From Nitrosopumilaceae archaeon (GTDB lineage Archaea > Thermoproteota > Nitrososphaeria > Nitrososphaerales > Nitrosopumilaceae), in contig OZ242365.1 in NCBI GenBank assembly GCA_965208905.1, positions 1,792,001 through 1,856,000 of the forward strand: a DNA stretch of 64,000 bases, in the 5' to 3' direction. The notes under the pieces were generated by a model. The model was not told the origin of the DNA, did not search any database, and was given only the letters and a program-made list of their open reading frames with translations. Made by a program: the position numbers and the translations under genes. Positions 31,778 through 42,700 of this stretch are shown here, piece by piece. The stretch's first letter is position 1; every line of letters starts with the position of its first letter.

Positions 31778-32764
31778 TTAAAGACGCCTCTTTACTACAA
31801 AATCCAATAGTGATAACAGATTGTTATGGTGTTCACCCTGATATGTTTTCAGGGCGCGACGGGCAGCATCTGCATATGAGGCAGCCCGACTCCGGACAGC
31901 ATCCTCTATGCCTAAGCGCTGAATTATGGTGACGACGTTACGAGTCTGCTCTGCAGTGGACTGTTTGTTTCCAAAGACGCGCATTATGATGTCGCGATCT
32001 TTAGATCCTGCTAACTCTAATGCCATCAGTATGGGAAGTGACTTTTTACCTTCACGTATGTCGTTTCCCACCGGTTTTTTTGTAATGGATGAATCGCCCG
32101 CCACTCCGATTAAATCATCTGTTATTTGAAACGCTATACCCAAGTTTTGACCAAAGACTGCAGCATTCTCCACATCTGTCGATGTTGCATTGGCGCATAT
32201 GGCCCCCATGGCGCACGATGCCTCAAAGAGTGCAGATGTTTTTTTACGAATCATGAGTAGATAATCAGAAGGAGGTGGTATTTTGTCACTTGCACTCATG
32301 GATATGTCGAGCCACTGACCCTCACAGATGTCGACACATGCATCAGATATCTGACTGACTAGACTGGCGCATACTGTAGCAGGTAATTCGGCGTTGGCGA
32401 GTGTCTGGTATGCTTTAGAGAAGAGTGTGTCGCCAGCAAGTATGGCTAGTGATGAGCCGTATTTTTTATGTGTGGTATCCACGCCATGACGAGTATCATC
32501 ATTGTCCATTATGTCATCATGAACCAGCGAAAAATTGTGTATCATCTCAACAGTGCCTGCCACAACAACTGCCTGCGCAGCGTTACCTCCCATCATTTGA
32601 CATGTCTCCATCAACATGTATGGGCGAAGCCTCTTTCCACCATGCATTATAAGATGTGATGCAGCATCGTACAGAGTTGTGGGCGTGCCGGTGAGAGACT
32701 GGCGCAGATACTCAGTTATGGCATTGGCCACATCATCTGACGGCCTCATAGTAACAACCTCCAC
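31778..32764 (-). CDS. Polyprenyl (geranylgeranyl) diphosphate synthase
   Basis: GGKRLRP, HDDIMD, GQWLD, KKTSALF, FQITDDL. Confidence 0.93.
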   Translation of the reverse strand: MEVVTMRPSDDVANAITEYLRQSLTGTPTTLYDAASHLIMHGGKRLRPYMLMETCQMMGGNAAQAVVVAGTVEMIHNFSLVHDDIMDNDDTRHGVDTTHKKYGSSLAILAGDTLFSKAYQTLANAELPATVCASLVSQISDACVDICEGQWLDISMSASDKIPPPSDYLLMIRKKTSALFEASCAMGAICANATSTDVENAAVFGQNLGIAFQITDDLIGVAGDSSITKKPVGNDIREGKKSLPILMALELAGSKDRDIIMRVFGNKQSTAEQTRNVVTIIQRLGIEDAVRSRAASYADAARRALKTYQGEHHNNLLSLLDFVVKRRL

Positions 32765-33354
32765 TGCTCATCTGACATATGATGTCCAGTCATATGCATC
32801 ATCTTGGAGGCGACTTTGGGACTCTGCCACGCAGATATGTTGTAGTGTTCAGGTATGGTGTGACGCGGAAGTAGCGCCAATGCCAAAAGCATCCAGGGAC
32901 AATACTCTTGAGGTTTGGTAGAGTCGATTTGGGATGGTACTACAAACTCTGTTTTAGTGATTTCAGAAGGATTGGGATTGGGCGTGTCATGTATTGTGCC
33001 TATCAAAGTACCACATACCTCATTTTCAGAACCTCTATCGTCGTCGGACACATGATACTCGAATCTGAATAAATACTCCAAAGTGCAATGTATCCCCAAC
33101 TCTTCAGGTATACGGCGCTGGGCAGATGACACAAAGGTATCTCCGGGGTATGGGTGACTCGCTACTGTACCATCCCACTTGTTGGGCCATAGCATCTTTG
33201 TGGGGGAGCGCTGTGTGAGAAGCAATCTACCTTTGTCATCAAACAATAACGCCGTAAACGCCCTGTGCAGATGACCATCTCCAGTATGACATGACACCTT
33301 CTCTGCAAAACCCTGAGGCGTATCGTTACTATCTACCAGTATAAGATCACTCAC
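32746..33354 (-). CDS. idi: Isopentenyl-diphosphate delta-isomerase (type 1, Nudix)
   Basis: LHRAFT, QRS..K.LWP..W...ASHP, EELGI, ENEVC. Confidence 0.92.
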   Translation of the reverse strand: MSDLILVDSNDTPQGFAEKVSCHTGDGHLHRAFTALLFDDKGRLLLTQRSPTKMLWPNKWDGTVASHPYPGDTFVSSAQRRIPEELGIHCTLEYLFRFEYHVSDDDRGSENEVCGTLIGTIHDTPNPNPSEITKTEFVVPSQIDSTKPQEYCPWMLLALALLPRHTIPEHYNISAWQSPKVASKMMHMTGHHMSDEQWRLLL

Positions 33355-33359
33355 TACAT

Positions 33360-33824
33360 GATCACTTCCAACCTAACATGCTGTGCATTCCATGTATGTG
33401 ACTCCACTAGTTTTATCGACTTTGCCCCAGACATAAAATGGATATAAAGCTGCCATCTATAAAGTATTTACGTGGACGGATTTTTCGCCCAAAGTTGAAT
33501 GGTATCTGTGAGGTATCAGATACGATACAACAGTGTCTTGTATCGTATAATGCGGGAAGAACAGTAGGCGATGACATGCCCCAACAATAAATATTTGAGT
33601 ATGGCGGTATTGTACCCTCATCACACATCAGTGTGATGTATGCCAAAATATATCCGCCAATACAAGGATTGCACCTATTGCTGTATAGTTGGCTTAGACT
33701 AAAGTGTCAACACTCTGAGGTGAATAAACGTCGTAAATCATAAGGTCTAGAAAGTCCGTAATGTGTCGTATTGCACCGCTCTGGAGGACTGACAGACTAT
33801 CTCTAGGGGGTGATGTAGTATCAT
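33360..33824 (-). pseudogene. Probable decayed isopentenyl phosphate kinase remnant
   Basis: Sits between mvk and idi; ATG overlapping the mvk stop reads MIL...; fragments IPFNFG, KIRPR, IDG; multiple stops. Confidence 0.4.
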
Positions 33825-34768
33825 CCAACTTTGTGTAGTGCGCCTGTGGTCGCTCCTGTCTTGGTTATTTGAGCTACAAAAGAGTTGTATCCTGCATCTG
33901 TTAGTGCATTTAGTGTACTGTGAGCGTTAGTCTCATCCGATATGGCTACTATACACCCTCCCCCACCTGCACCAGTTATCTTTGAGCCGTATGAGTGGCG
34001 GTCTGCTATCTGTATCATCTGTCGTAAAGCGTTGTTTGAGATACCTATTCGCTCCAAGAGTAGTTGATTACTGCGCGCCAGATGGCCCAATTTTGGTATG
34101 TCGTTTATGCTATCTGTAACCATCTGAACCAGACTGTCGGCTTTTTTAGAGAGTGCAGAGAACTCTTTGGGGTGTTTTTGGGCTATATGGCGAACACGCT
34201 CTACCATCTCACCGGTATTGTGATTTATGCCCGAATCTGCTACTATGAGTTTTAGATCTTTGGGTATGGGAATACGAAGTTGCTTGGGTGGAGTATCCTT
34301 TACATACTCTACTATACCGCCATGGGTGCAAACTGCACAATCGGCACCAGATGAGTTTGGCTGTATGGTTCTTTCTGCGTTTATCGACACGTCTAATATG
34401 CTACGCTTTATATCTGATAGGGATAGTGCGGCGCCCGCCGTTGCCACACAACAGGCAGATGATGAACCTAATCCAGCACCAGATGGGAGATCCGAATGTA
34501 TGTTTATTGCTACATTGGTTATGCCCAATGACTGTGCTATATAGTAAAATGGTCTAGTACGCTTGTCCACAATCCTGTATGGTATATTTGGATGCAATTT
34601 GGTCGAGAGCATATTGGATTTTATAGATATCGTGTTGCGTCCCTGCCTTTGTGCAGTCACCCTTACCCTCTTGTCTATGGCGCATAGTATGGCCTTGGAA
34701 CCATGTACTACAAAATGCTCTCCAAACAGAATTATCTTACCGGGTGCTGAACATACTTGTCTTGCCAT
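33821..34768 (-). CDS. mvk: Mevalonate kinase
   Basis: APGKIILFGEHFVVHG, PSGAGLGSSSA, SGAD, KITGAGGGG. Confidence 0.93.
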   Translation of the reverse strand: MARQVCSAPGKIILFGEHFVVHGSKAILCAIDKRVRVTAQRQGRNTISIKSNMLSTKLHPNIPYRIVDKRTRPFYYIAQSLGITNVAINIHSDLPSGAGLGSSSACCVATAGAALSLSDIKRSILDVSINAERTIQPNSSGADCAVCTHGGIVEYVKDTPPKQLRIPIPKDLKLIVADSGINHNTGEMVERVRHIAQKHPKEFSALSKKADSLVQMVTDSINDIPKLGHLARSNQLLLERIGISNNALRQMIQIADRHSYGSKITGAGGGGCIVAISDETNAHSTLNALTDAGYNSFVAQITKTGATTGALHKVG

Positions 34769-35030
34769 TATAAGGAATATGTCAGTACGGGTTTATATCA
34801 CATGGTTTTTCCATACATCGACTAATCCACAGGTCCCCTACACCACCCATAGCGTGTATGACCAAGACATCGAATCATCAGATGCTCTAGTACCAAATCC
34901 AGGCATGATGTGTAGTGATATCTATATTCAATAACTCTATTTTGTCAGTATGTATCTGTGGACACACTAACCTTTGCGTTGATATCCATCTTTTGATGTA
35001 ACTGCATGTCATACTCTACCGTAATGCCTG

Positions 35031-35333
35031 TCAATTAGATTTCTGCGCCATCATCTTTGACAACTCAGATATTGCATCTAGCAGCTTTGCTCGAAGCTCT
35101 GCATCCGTAGTCGAGCCTAACTGTCTTGTCAGCTCAAGCATCTGCTGTTCTATACTTTTGATGCCCTCCTGTGTGACCTTGTCTTTACTGTCTGGTTCGG
35201 CTCCGCATGATATGCATAAAGCTTGACCTGATTGCAAGACCCGTACACCCGAACAATACGGGCATGGTTCTGCAAGTAATGTGGCGCCATGCAGTAGCAT
35301 ATCAGCAGCTCTCTTGAGACTATCCTGACTCAT
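35031..35333 (-). CDS. UPF0148 / SSSCA1-like zinc-ribbon protein
   Basis: ADMLLHGATLLAEPCPYC...CISC. Confidence 0.85.
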   Translation of the reverse strand: MSQDSLKRAADMLLHGATLLAEPCPYCSGVRVLQSGQALCISCGAEPDSKDKVTQEGIKSIEQQMLELTRQLGSTTDAELRAKLLDAISELSKMMAQKSN

Positions 35334-35374
35334 AATGTTTTAGACTTGCCATCTACGTTAATCTAAATGTTCTA

Positions 35375-35680
35375 CTAGCGAAGCGTATCATATGCGTTTT
35401 GTATGTCTGTAAATACCACAGATATGCTGTCTTTGTACGGAACAACCTTGATCAAAGGTTCCTCTCTTCGACCACGCTGTATCTTTATGGTTGTAGAGTC
35501 CTCACCCGGACAGATATCTGCAAACCATCGCATAGTCATCCCTTTTCCATATACGATCCTGTGAGCTCGTATACTCTCCACTACCGAGTTTCCCAAAGAT
35601 AAGCAGAATCGTCGTGCCTCATCAATGTGGGCCTGTGCTTCCAAGTTATGTCTATCTCGAAATATCTCAAACGAGTTCAT
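35375..35680 (-). CDS. Hypothetical protein
   Basis: 101-aa ORF; HRIVYGKGMTMRWFADI. Confidence 0.65.
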   Translation of the reverse strand: MNSFEIFRDRHNLEAQAHIDEARRFCLSLGNSVVESIRAHRIVYGKGMTMRWFADICPGEDSTTIKIQRGRREEPLIKVVPYKDSISVVFTDIQNAYDTLR

Positions 35681-35824
35681 ATGATGTGAGTTAAAATTAC
35701 ACTATACATATGAGTTTGTACATGATATGTGCTAACTAAACTACATTAGACTAAACTACGTAGACTAACTGGAAACAAAATGTGAAGTCATGGTTAATAA
35801 ATACGATAATTAGACCACTATTCA

Positions 35825-36934
35825 ATGAGGCTACTGGAGTTTCAAGCAAAGGAGTTGTTTGCAGAGTATGGCATACGTGTACCCTCAGGCCATGCGTCCA
35901 CCGACATATCTACAGCAAGGCAGGATGCAAAATCTCTTGGTTATCCATTTATCATAAAATTTCAGGCTCCAGTGGGAGGACGAGGAAAGGCGGGTGGAAT
36001 ACAACTGTGCTCTAACACAGATGAGTTTGAAATAAAGTATCCACAGATATTAGACATGACTATAAAAGGTGAACGTGCTCGCGCAATACTGCTGGAGAAG
36101 GCAGCAAATATTAAAAAAGAACTATATCTGTCTCTGTTTCTGAACCGCTCAAAGCGATGCTATACTGTAATTGCATCTGCAGAGGGCGGTGTGGAGATAG
36201 AGTCTGTAAAGGATCAAATCATACGTGAAGTAGGTATGGGTGACATTACAGATGATGTTGCCAGCGAGATAGCCAAAGATATGGGGTTGGAAGGTGATGT
36301 GATCAGTCAATTTGTCGATACGTTGTCCCGACTCTCACAGTTGGCGGTAGAGAAAGAGGTGGAGTTAGCCGAGATAAATCCATTGGCTATACTTGATGAT
36401 GGGAGTCTGGTAGCCTTGGATGGAAAGATGATAACTGATGATAATTCTAACTTTAGACATCCGGAACTACAAAAATACCGCGAAGAGTCCGAAGTTGAGG
36501 AGCGAGCTGAAAAGAGTGGATTCTCACTGGTGATAATGGATGGCGATATAGCCGTAATCGGAAATGGCGCCGGCCTTGTCATGTCTACATTGGACATGCT
36601 TTCAGATAGCGGAGGGAAAGCTGCATGTTTTCTAGACGTGGGTGGGGGCGCCACCACAGAGTCCGTATATGAGGCACTTACATTGATCAGCAAAATAGAT
36701 GGCATAACGGGAATATTGGTTAACCTGTATGGTGGAATCGTAAAGACTACCACTGTGGCATCGGCGTTCCTTTTGGCATATGAGAACAAGCTGATAGACC
36801 TACCCGTATTTGCCCGACTGAAGGGCGCAGAGTCTGACAAGGCCCAAGTAATGCTTGCTGACTCCAAAACCCAGCTATTTGACAGTGTGGAGGATGCCAT
36901 ACAAACCGCTGTAACGGAGGCAAAGTCCCGATGA
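35825..36934 (+). CDS. sucC: Succinyl-CoA synthetase beta subunit
   Basis: MRLLEFQAKELF, GGRGKAGG, EINPL, GNGAGL, FLDVGGG. Confidence 0.95.
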   Translation: MRLLEFQAKELFAEYGIRVPSGHASTDISTARQDAKSLGYPFIIKFQAPVGGRGKAGGIQLCSNTDEFEIKYPQILDMTIKGERARAILLEKAANIKKELYLSLFLNRSKRCYTVIASAEGGVEIESVKDQIIREVGMGDITDDVASEIAKDMGLEGDVISQFVDTLSRLSQLAVEKEVELAEINPLAILDDGSLVALDGKMITDDNSNFRHPELQKYREESEVEERAEKSGFSLVIMDGDIAVIGNGAGLVMSTLDMLSDSGGKAACFLDVGGGATTESVYEALTLISKIDGITGILVNLYGGIVKTTTVASAFLLAYENKLIDLPVFARLKGAESDKAQVMLADSKTQLFDSVEDAIQTAVTEAKSR

Positions 36935-37842
36935 ACATATTTGACATACTAAAGGGTACTGAAGGTGACTCAGATTATTGTAAAAAAGGAGTAATAGTGC
37001 AGGGTATTACAGGTGCATATGGTTCACTGCACACTAAAAATATGATGTCATATGGCACCAACATAGTGGCCGGAGTAACTCCTAGTAAGGGAGGTCAGAT
37101 ATTTGAAGGCATACCAATACATAACACTGTACAGGAGGCTGTTGATGCAACCGGAGCCAATATATCGATAGTGTTTGTACCTGCGAAATTCTTTAAAAAC
37201 GCAGCAATTGAAGCTCTAAACGCTGGCATAAAATTACTGGTAGCAATACCTGAACATGTTCCTGTCCGTGATACCATGGAGGTTATACGGCTAGCCAAAG
37301 AGAAAGGGGTAACTGTTATTGGCCCCAACACACCTGGCGTAATGATACCTGAAATTATAAAGATAGGAATAATGCCTCACATGCCGTTTAAGTCGGGAAA
37401 CGTAGCTGTAATATCAAAGAGTGGTACACTGCTATACGAAATATCTGATGCCCTTAGTGCTGCAAACTTTGGACAGTGTATAACTATAGGAATAGGGGGA
37501 GACCCGATAAATGGAACTAGATTAGTGGATGCATTTGATATGGTAAAAGATCTACCAAGTCTAGAGGGATTGGTGATAGTGGGAGAGATAGGAGGAGACT
37601 CCGAAGAACTGCTTGCGCAGCGTATAATGGAACTGAACTTTACAAAGCCTACTGTCGCATATATTGCTGGAAGGGCTGCGCCCAAAGGAAAACGGATGGG
37701 TCACGCTGGAGCGATAGTCATGGGAACTTATGGCTCAGCAGAGTCCAAGGTAAACATGTTCAACAAGGCAAACGTACCAGTGGCTAAACGTCCCACGGAA
37801 GTACCAGTCTTGCTAGCTGGTAAGATGAAAGAATTCGTTTAA
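36931..37842 (+). CDS. sucD: Succinyl-CoA synthetase alpha subunit
   Basis: VQGITG, IGPNTPG, SKSGTL, GEIGG, RMGHAGA. Confidence 0.95.
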   Translation: MNIFDILKGTEGDSDYCKKGVIVQGITGAYGSLHTKNMMSYGTNIVAGVTPSKGGQIFEGIPIHNTVQEAVDATGANISIVFVPAKFFKNAAIEALNAGIKLLVAIPEHVPVRDTMEVIRLAKEKGVTVIGPNTPGVMIPEIIKIGIMPHMPFKSGNVAVISKSGTLLYEISDALSAANFGQCITIGIGGDPINGTRLVDAFDMVKDLPSLEGLVIVGEIGGDSEELLAQRIMELNFTKPTVAYIAGRAAPKGKRMGHAGAIVMGTYGSAESKVNMFNKANVPVAKRPTEVPVLLAGKMKEFV

Positions 37843-37875
37843 AATATTAGTAGGTATAATATCACTACAAGTATA

Positions 37876-38043
37876 ATGCCAGTTACTGACCCTGAAAAGA
37901 AACGTATAGCCACTCAGGCCTTACTAAATATGCGTATATGTTTCAGATGTGGCTGCCGTAATGATATGTTGGCAACGCGCTGTCGCAAGTGCCGAAACCC
38001 ACACCTACGTTTAAAGAATCGTAATCTAGGCGCCAAGAAGTAA
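37876..38043 (+). CDS. rpl40e: 50S ribosomal protein L40e (absent from the supplied ORF track)
   Basis: MPVTDPEKKRIA...ICFRCGCRNDMLATRCRKCRNPHLRLKNR. Confidence 0.93.
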   Translation: MPVTDPEKKRIATQALLNMRICFRCGCRNDMLATRCRKCRNPHLRLKNRNLGAKK

Positions 38044-38087
38044 TCAATTTAGAAAGAAATAAGTTCATTATACTTTGAACTATATGT

Positions 38088-38179
38088 GGACCGGTCGTCT
38101 AGCCTGGTTTGGATGACGCACTCACACTGCGTAAGGAGAGATCCCGCAAAGGTCGTGGGTTCGAATCCCATCCGGTCCA
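38088..38179 (+). tRNA. tRNA-Val(CAC) with a 17-nt non-canonical intron (38134-38150)
   Basis: Acceptor GGACCGG/CCGGTCC; anticodon arm ACGCA-CTCACAC-TGCGT; BHB-like tgcg-taa / cgca-aag; splicing restores the AGGTC variable loop. Confidence 0.9.
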
Positions 38180-38217
38180 CTATTTTCAAGTACTTAATAT
38201 AGTTTCCATGCATACTA

Positions 38218-39605
38218 GCGGACAATAGGATCCGATAGATTTTGAGTGCGATGACCTGAATCAACGAATTTGTCCCATATACGATGACCCGCGGTGTGAC
38301 CGACCGAAACATTAAGATCATGTATACATTCCCGTACCTACATGGCACGAAGTAAACCAGAAAAGATTCCCGCCGGAGACTAATGCTTCCCGGACGTTCC
38401 AGAAGCAGAACTGGAATCGATGATTGCAGCCATCCCCAGCTGCAAGGATATGCCCAAAGAACTACTCATACTGACGGTTGCCCTCAAAAGGAAGAGGCAC
38501 AGAAGCATCAGTGGGATATATAGGGAGATGGGCCGGCCATACGCCACCGTCTACGGCTGGCTGCTGCGCATGCACGAGCGCGGGCCGTACGGCAGGATAG
38601 ACAGGACATCCCCCAACAGGAAGAAAATACTGGACGAGGACACCTGCCGCTTGATCCTGGAGTGGGTGTCCGCATCTCCCCAGGACTACAAGTTTGAGTC
38701 CGGTATCTGGCAGGCATCTATGATCATCAGTATGATTCGTGACAAGATGGGCATAAATATACATCCCAGAACGCTGAGGCGGACACTGTGACGCGCAGGC
38801 ATATCGTTCAGAAAGCTCAAGATCCGTCCCGCACAACTCTGCATCAGAACAGGAGCAGGCCGAGTTCAGCAAGAAGACTCAGTGTATAGTTGACCAGCAG
38901 GCCGCCGGACATGTAGTCTTGTATCAGGACAAGATGACTCTCAGGCTGGCGGCAGTATGTATCCGGGGATGGATACCGCGCGGGACCAGTCAGACCGTCA
39001 AGATAGGACTCTCCAAAAAGTCGATCAAAGTGTTCGGTGTTCTATATCGGGCCAGACTACACGTTATGTCCGCAGGAGCGGCAAACTCGACAACATTCAA
39101 GATCTTTCTGGAGGCACTATATCAGGAGTATGGCAGGGTGACATTCATCACTGACAACGCCTCATATTACAAGTCGCGGTACGTCCAGAACTACCTGGAG
39201 TCAACCAACGGAGATGTCGTGTTAATACACCTCTCGCCCTACACGCCCCAACTGAACCCGATTGAGGTCCAGTGGAAGGTGATCAAAGAGCGGCTAGCCT
39301 GTAGGTCCTTTGCGACTATAGAGGATATAGAGAAGGCCGTCATCCGGCTGGTCGAGACTGGAGAGGTGCGGCCGTCAGGATGACTGGTATAATCACTGCG
39401 TGAGGCCCAGAATATCTAGTGTGCGACGGCACGCCGCCTACTCCCACCTTTAGCCATGTCTCTGAACAATCACATGTTCGTTTACATGTAATCGGCCACT
39501 GCCGGTTCTTCCCGTATGTCTGACCGAACTGAAAACATAGGACTTTGACAGATACCGCACGGGAGCCGCCTTTCGCCTGATGTATTATCGGATCCTATTG
39601 TCCCC
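38218..39605 (+). mobile_element. IS630-family element with inactivated transposase (38420..39383)
   Basis: Inverted match actagcggacaataggatccgata / tatcggatcctattgtcccctagt (23/24, including flanks); TA duplication in a CTAG target; HTH plus DNASY..S and PYTPQLNPIE motifs; in-frame TGA at 38789 and a frameshift. Confidence 0.88.
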
Positions 39606-39772
39606 TAGTGTGGGGTAGGTTGTGATGTGCCCAGATCTAAAGATTCCGGTTGGGTATGTATGAAATTGTTTGGTGGTGGAATCACAGGTTAGTTAGGAAA
39701 GTGGCCAATTACACATACTGTCTAATGAATACATACAAGGACAAATGAGCACAAATGAGCACATAGTAGACT

Positions 39773-42700
39773 TTGTGCTTATACCTACGGTTGCATATTG
39801 AAACTTCGAAGTGGTGGTATTGCAATCTGGAGGGCCTAAACATGAGAGGGCCGATTAAGTTACACGATACGCGGGGTGCGCATGCCACATCTTATAGTAT
39901 GTCACGCCTCTGCCTGTATGCCGTATGTGCCGCAACGTTACTTTTGTCGCTTAATGTAGTCTTGGGCGCCGGAGAGGCTGGCCTTGATGTTGCGCATGTC
40001 AGCGACGACGTGTATCCCGTCGCTGCTATAAAGATCAACGACCTCACACCAAACGGCCCCGTCCTAGCCGACCATGATCTCTTTGGCATATCAGAGCATC
40101 TATGGGGGGGTCTTGTGACCGTCCCAGTATCGACAGAGGCCTGGGCGGATACGGATCCCTTTGTCACTACTTGGAAGACCACCAGTCCGGGCGAGTCCAT
40201 AACCATTCCGACGTACGTGGCGTTCGGGAAGCACACGATAGACTGGGGAGACGGCACGGCGCCGACCACTGACTGGCTTGATCAAACCCATGTCTACGAG
40301 GAGCCGGGAACCTACACGGTCAGCATAACCGGTGACTTTACGCAAATCAGGCTCTACGATGATCGGGTCAATGCTGAAAAACTGGTCTCCATCGACAACT
40401 GGGGCGGCGTGCAGTGGGGGACGATGGACCATGCGTTTGGTGTAGCATCGAACATGGTGTACAATGCGACCGACGCCCTGGACTTTTCGGCCCTGACGAA
40501 TCTACAGTACATGTTCTATTCGGCCACATCCTTCAACGGCAACATATCCTCCTGGAACGTCTCGTCGGTGACCAGTATGAAGGACATGTTCAACAACGCC
40601 GACTCCTTCAACCAGGATCTCTCCGATTGGGATGTCTCCAGCGTGGAGAACATGCACGGGATGTTCTTTGGTACCGCATCCTTCAACGGCAACATATCGG
40701 CCTGGAACGTCTCCTCTGTAACCGACATGAGTAATATGTTTACCCTGTCCGACTCCTTCAACGGCAACATATCGGCCTGGAACGTCTCCTCTGTAACCGA
40801 CATGTCCGAGATGTTTCTCGGTGCCACATCCTTCAACGGCAACATCTCCATCTGGAACGTCTCCTCTGTAACCGACATGCAGGAGATGTTTTACGACGCC
40901 ACCTCATTTGATCAAAACTTGGGCAACTGGTACATCGTGCTTGACAGCGAGGTCATCCACTATGACGACGCGCCGGGAATAATTGGGAGTATATCGGCGC
41001 AGAACCTGTTCCTCGACGGACAGAATGCCACATACGGCATCGCAACCGGCGGGGACTCGGGCTCCTTTGAGCTGGACGGAGCTGACCTCAGGCTGAAGGA
41101 GATGCCTACCAAGGAATCATACGCCGTCACCATAAACGCCACCGGGGACTTTGGCTCGGGCAACTCCAAAAGCATAGTGGTAAAGGTGCTCGGATTTCCC
41201 AACTCGCCCCCGACCGTCTCGGCCGGTGACGACCAGACCGTCCAGGAAGGCCAAGCCGTCACCCTGTCGGGGACCGCCTCTGATCCCGACCCCGAGGACA
41301 CCCTGACATATATCTGGTCCCATGACCACCCCACACTGCCCATCTCCTTAGCCGACCCCAACTCGCTGTCCACCACCTTCACCGCCCCCAACGTCGCCGC
41401 CAACACCACCATCACATTCACCCTGACGGCCACCGACCAGCAGAACGCCAACGGCACCAACACGATGACTATCACCATCACCGACTCGGCCAACTCGCCC
41501 CCGACCGTCTCGGCCGGTGACGACCAGACCGTCCAGGAAGGCCAAGCCGTCACCCTGTCGGGGACCGCCTCTGATCCCGACCCCGAGGACACCCTGACAT
41601 ATATCTGGTCCCATGACCACCCCACACTGCCCATCTCCTTAGCCGACCCCAACTCGCTGTCCACCACCTTCACCGCCCCCAACGTCGCCGCCAACACCAC
41701 CATCACATTCACCCTGACGGCCGACGACGGCACCGACACCTCCTCGGATACCATGAACCTGACTATCGCCAACATCTCCCCCGCCTTGCCGCCCCCCGCA
41801 GCCTTTGTCACCACCTGGCAGACGACGACCAGTAACGAGTCGATAACCATTCCCGCACGCGGCACGTACACCATCGACTGGGGCGATGGGACAACGGAGG
41901 AGGGAGTCAGCGGCAGCTGGACGCATACGTATGGCGAGGCGGGAAGCCACACCATCCGCATATCCGACGGAATCGAGAAATTCAGTCTTGCCGGCAGCGA
42001 AGACGCGCACAAGCTGGCATCGATTGATCAGTGGGGATACGCCAAGTGGACGTCCATGCACAAGGCCTTCCAGGGGGCATCAGGCATGACATACGGCGCT
42101 ACTGACGTACCGGACCTCTCCGGCGTTACGGACGCACGGCGCATGTTCGAGGGTGCCGCCGCGTTTGACGGAGACCTGTCCGGGTGGGACGTATCAAGCG
42201 TCAAGCACATGTCGTACATGTTCAAGGAGGCCCGCTCCTTTGACTCGGACCTGTCCGGGTGGGACGTATCCGGCGTGACAGACATGGCGGGGATGTTCTG
42301 GAAGGCCCACTCCTTTGACTCGGACCTGTCCGGATGGGACGTCTCATCCGTAACCGACATGTACGCAATGTTCCACCACGCCCACTCCTTTGACTCGGAC
42401 CTGTCCGGATGGGACGTATCCGGCGTGACCGGGATGGCAAACATGTTCAGCTACACCCACTCCTTTGACTCGGACCTGTCCGGATGGGACGTATCCGGCG
42501 TGACGACCATGTACGCAATGTTTGCGGGCGCAAGGTCCTTTGACTCGGACCTGTCCGGATGGGACGTATCGGGAGTCGCCGACATGGCGGACATGTTCAG
42601 GTCTACCGGCGCATTCAACTCGGACATATCCAGATGGGAGATCCAAAGGGACACCCGCATCACCGCCATGCTGTATCGCGCAGACGCCTTTGAGCAGAAC

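Noticed and set aside
38780-38920. Programmed frameshift in the IS630 transposase
   Set aside because: There is an in-frame TGA as well as the frame change and no A-run slippery site, so it is a pseudogene.
42170-42640. 75-bp periodic repeats as a CRISPR array or DGR template
   Set aside because: In-frame DUF285 coding repeats; variation is not adenine-specific and no reverse transcriptase is present.
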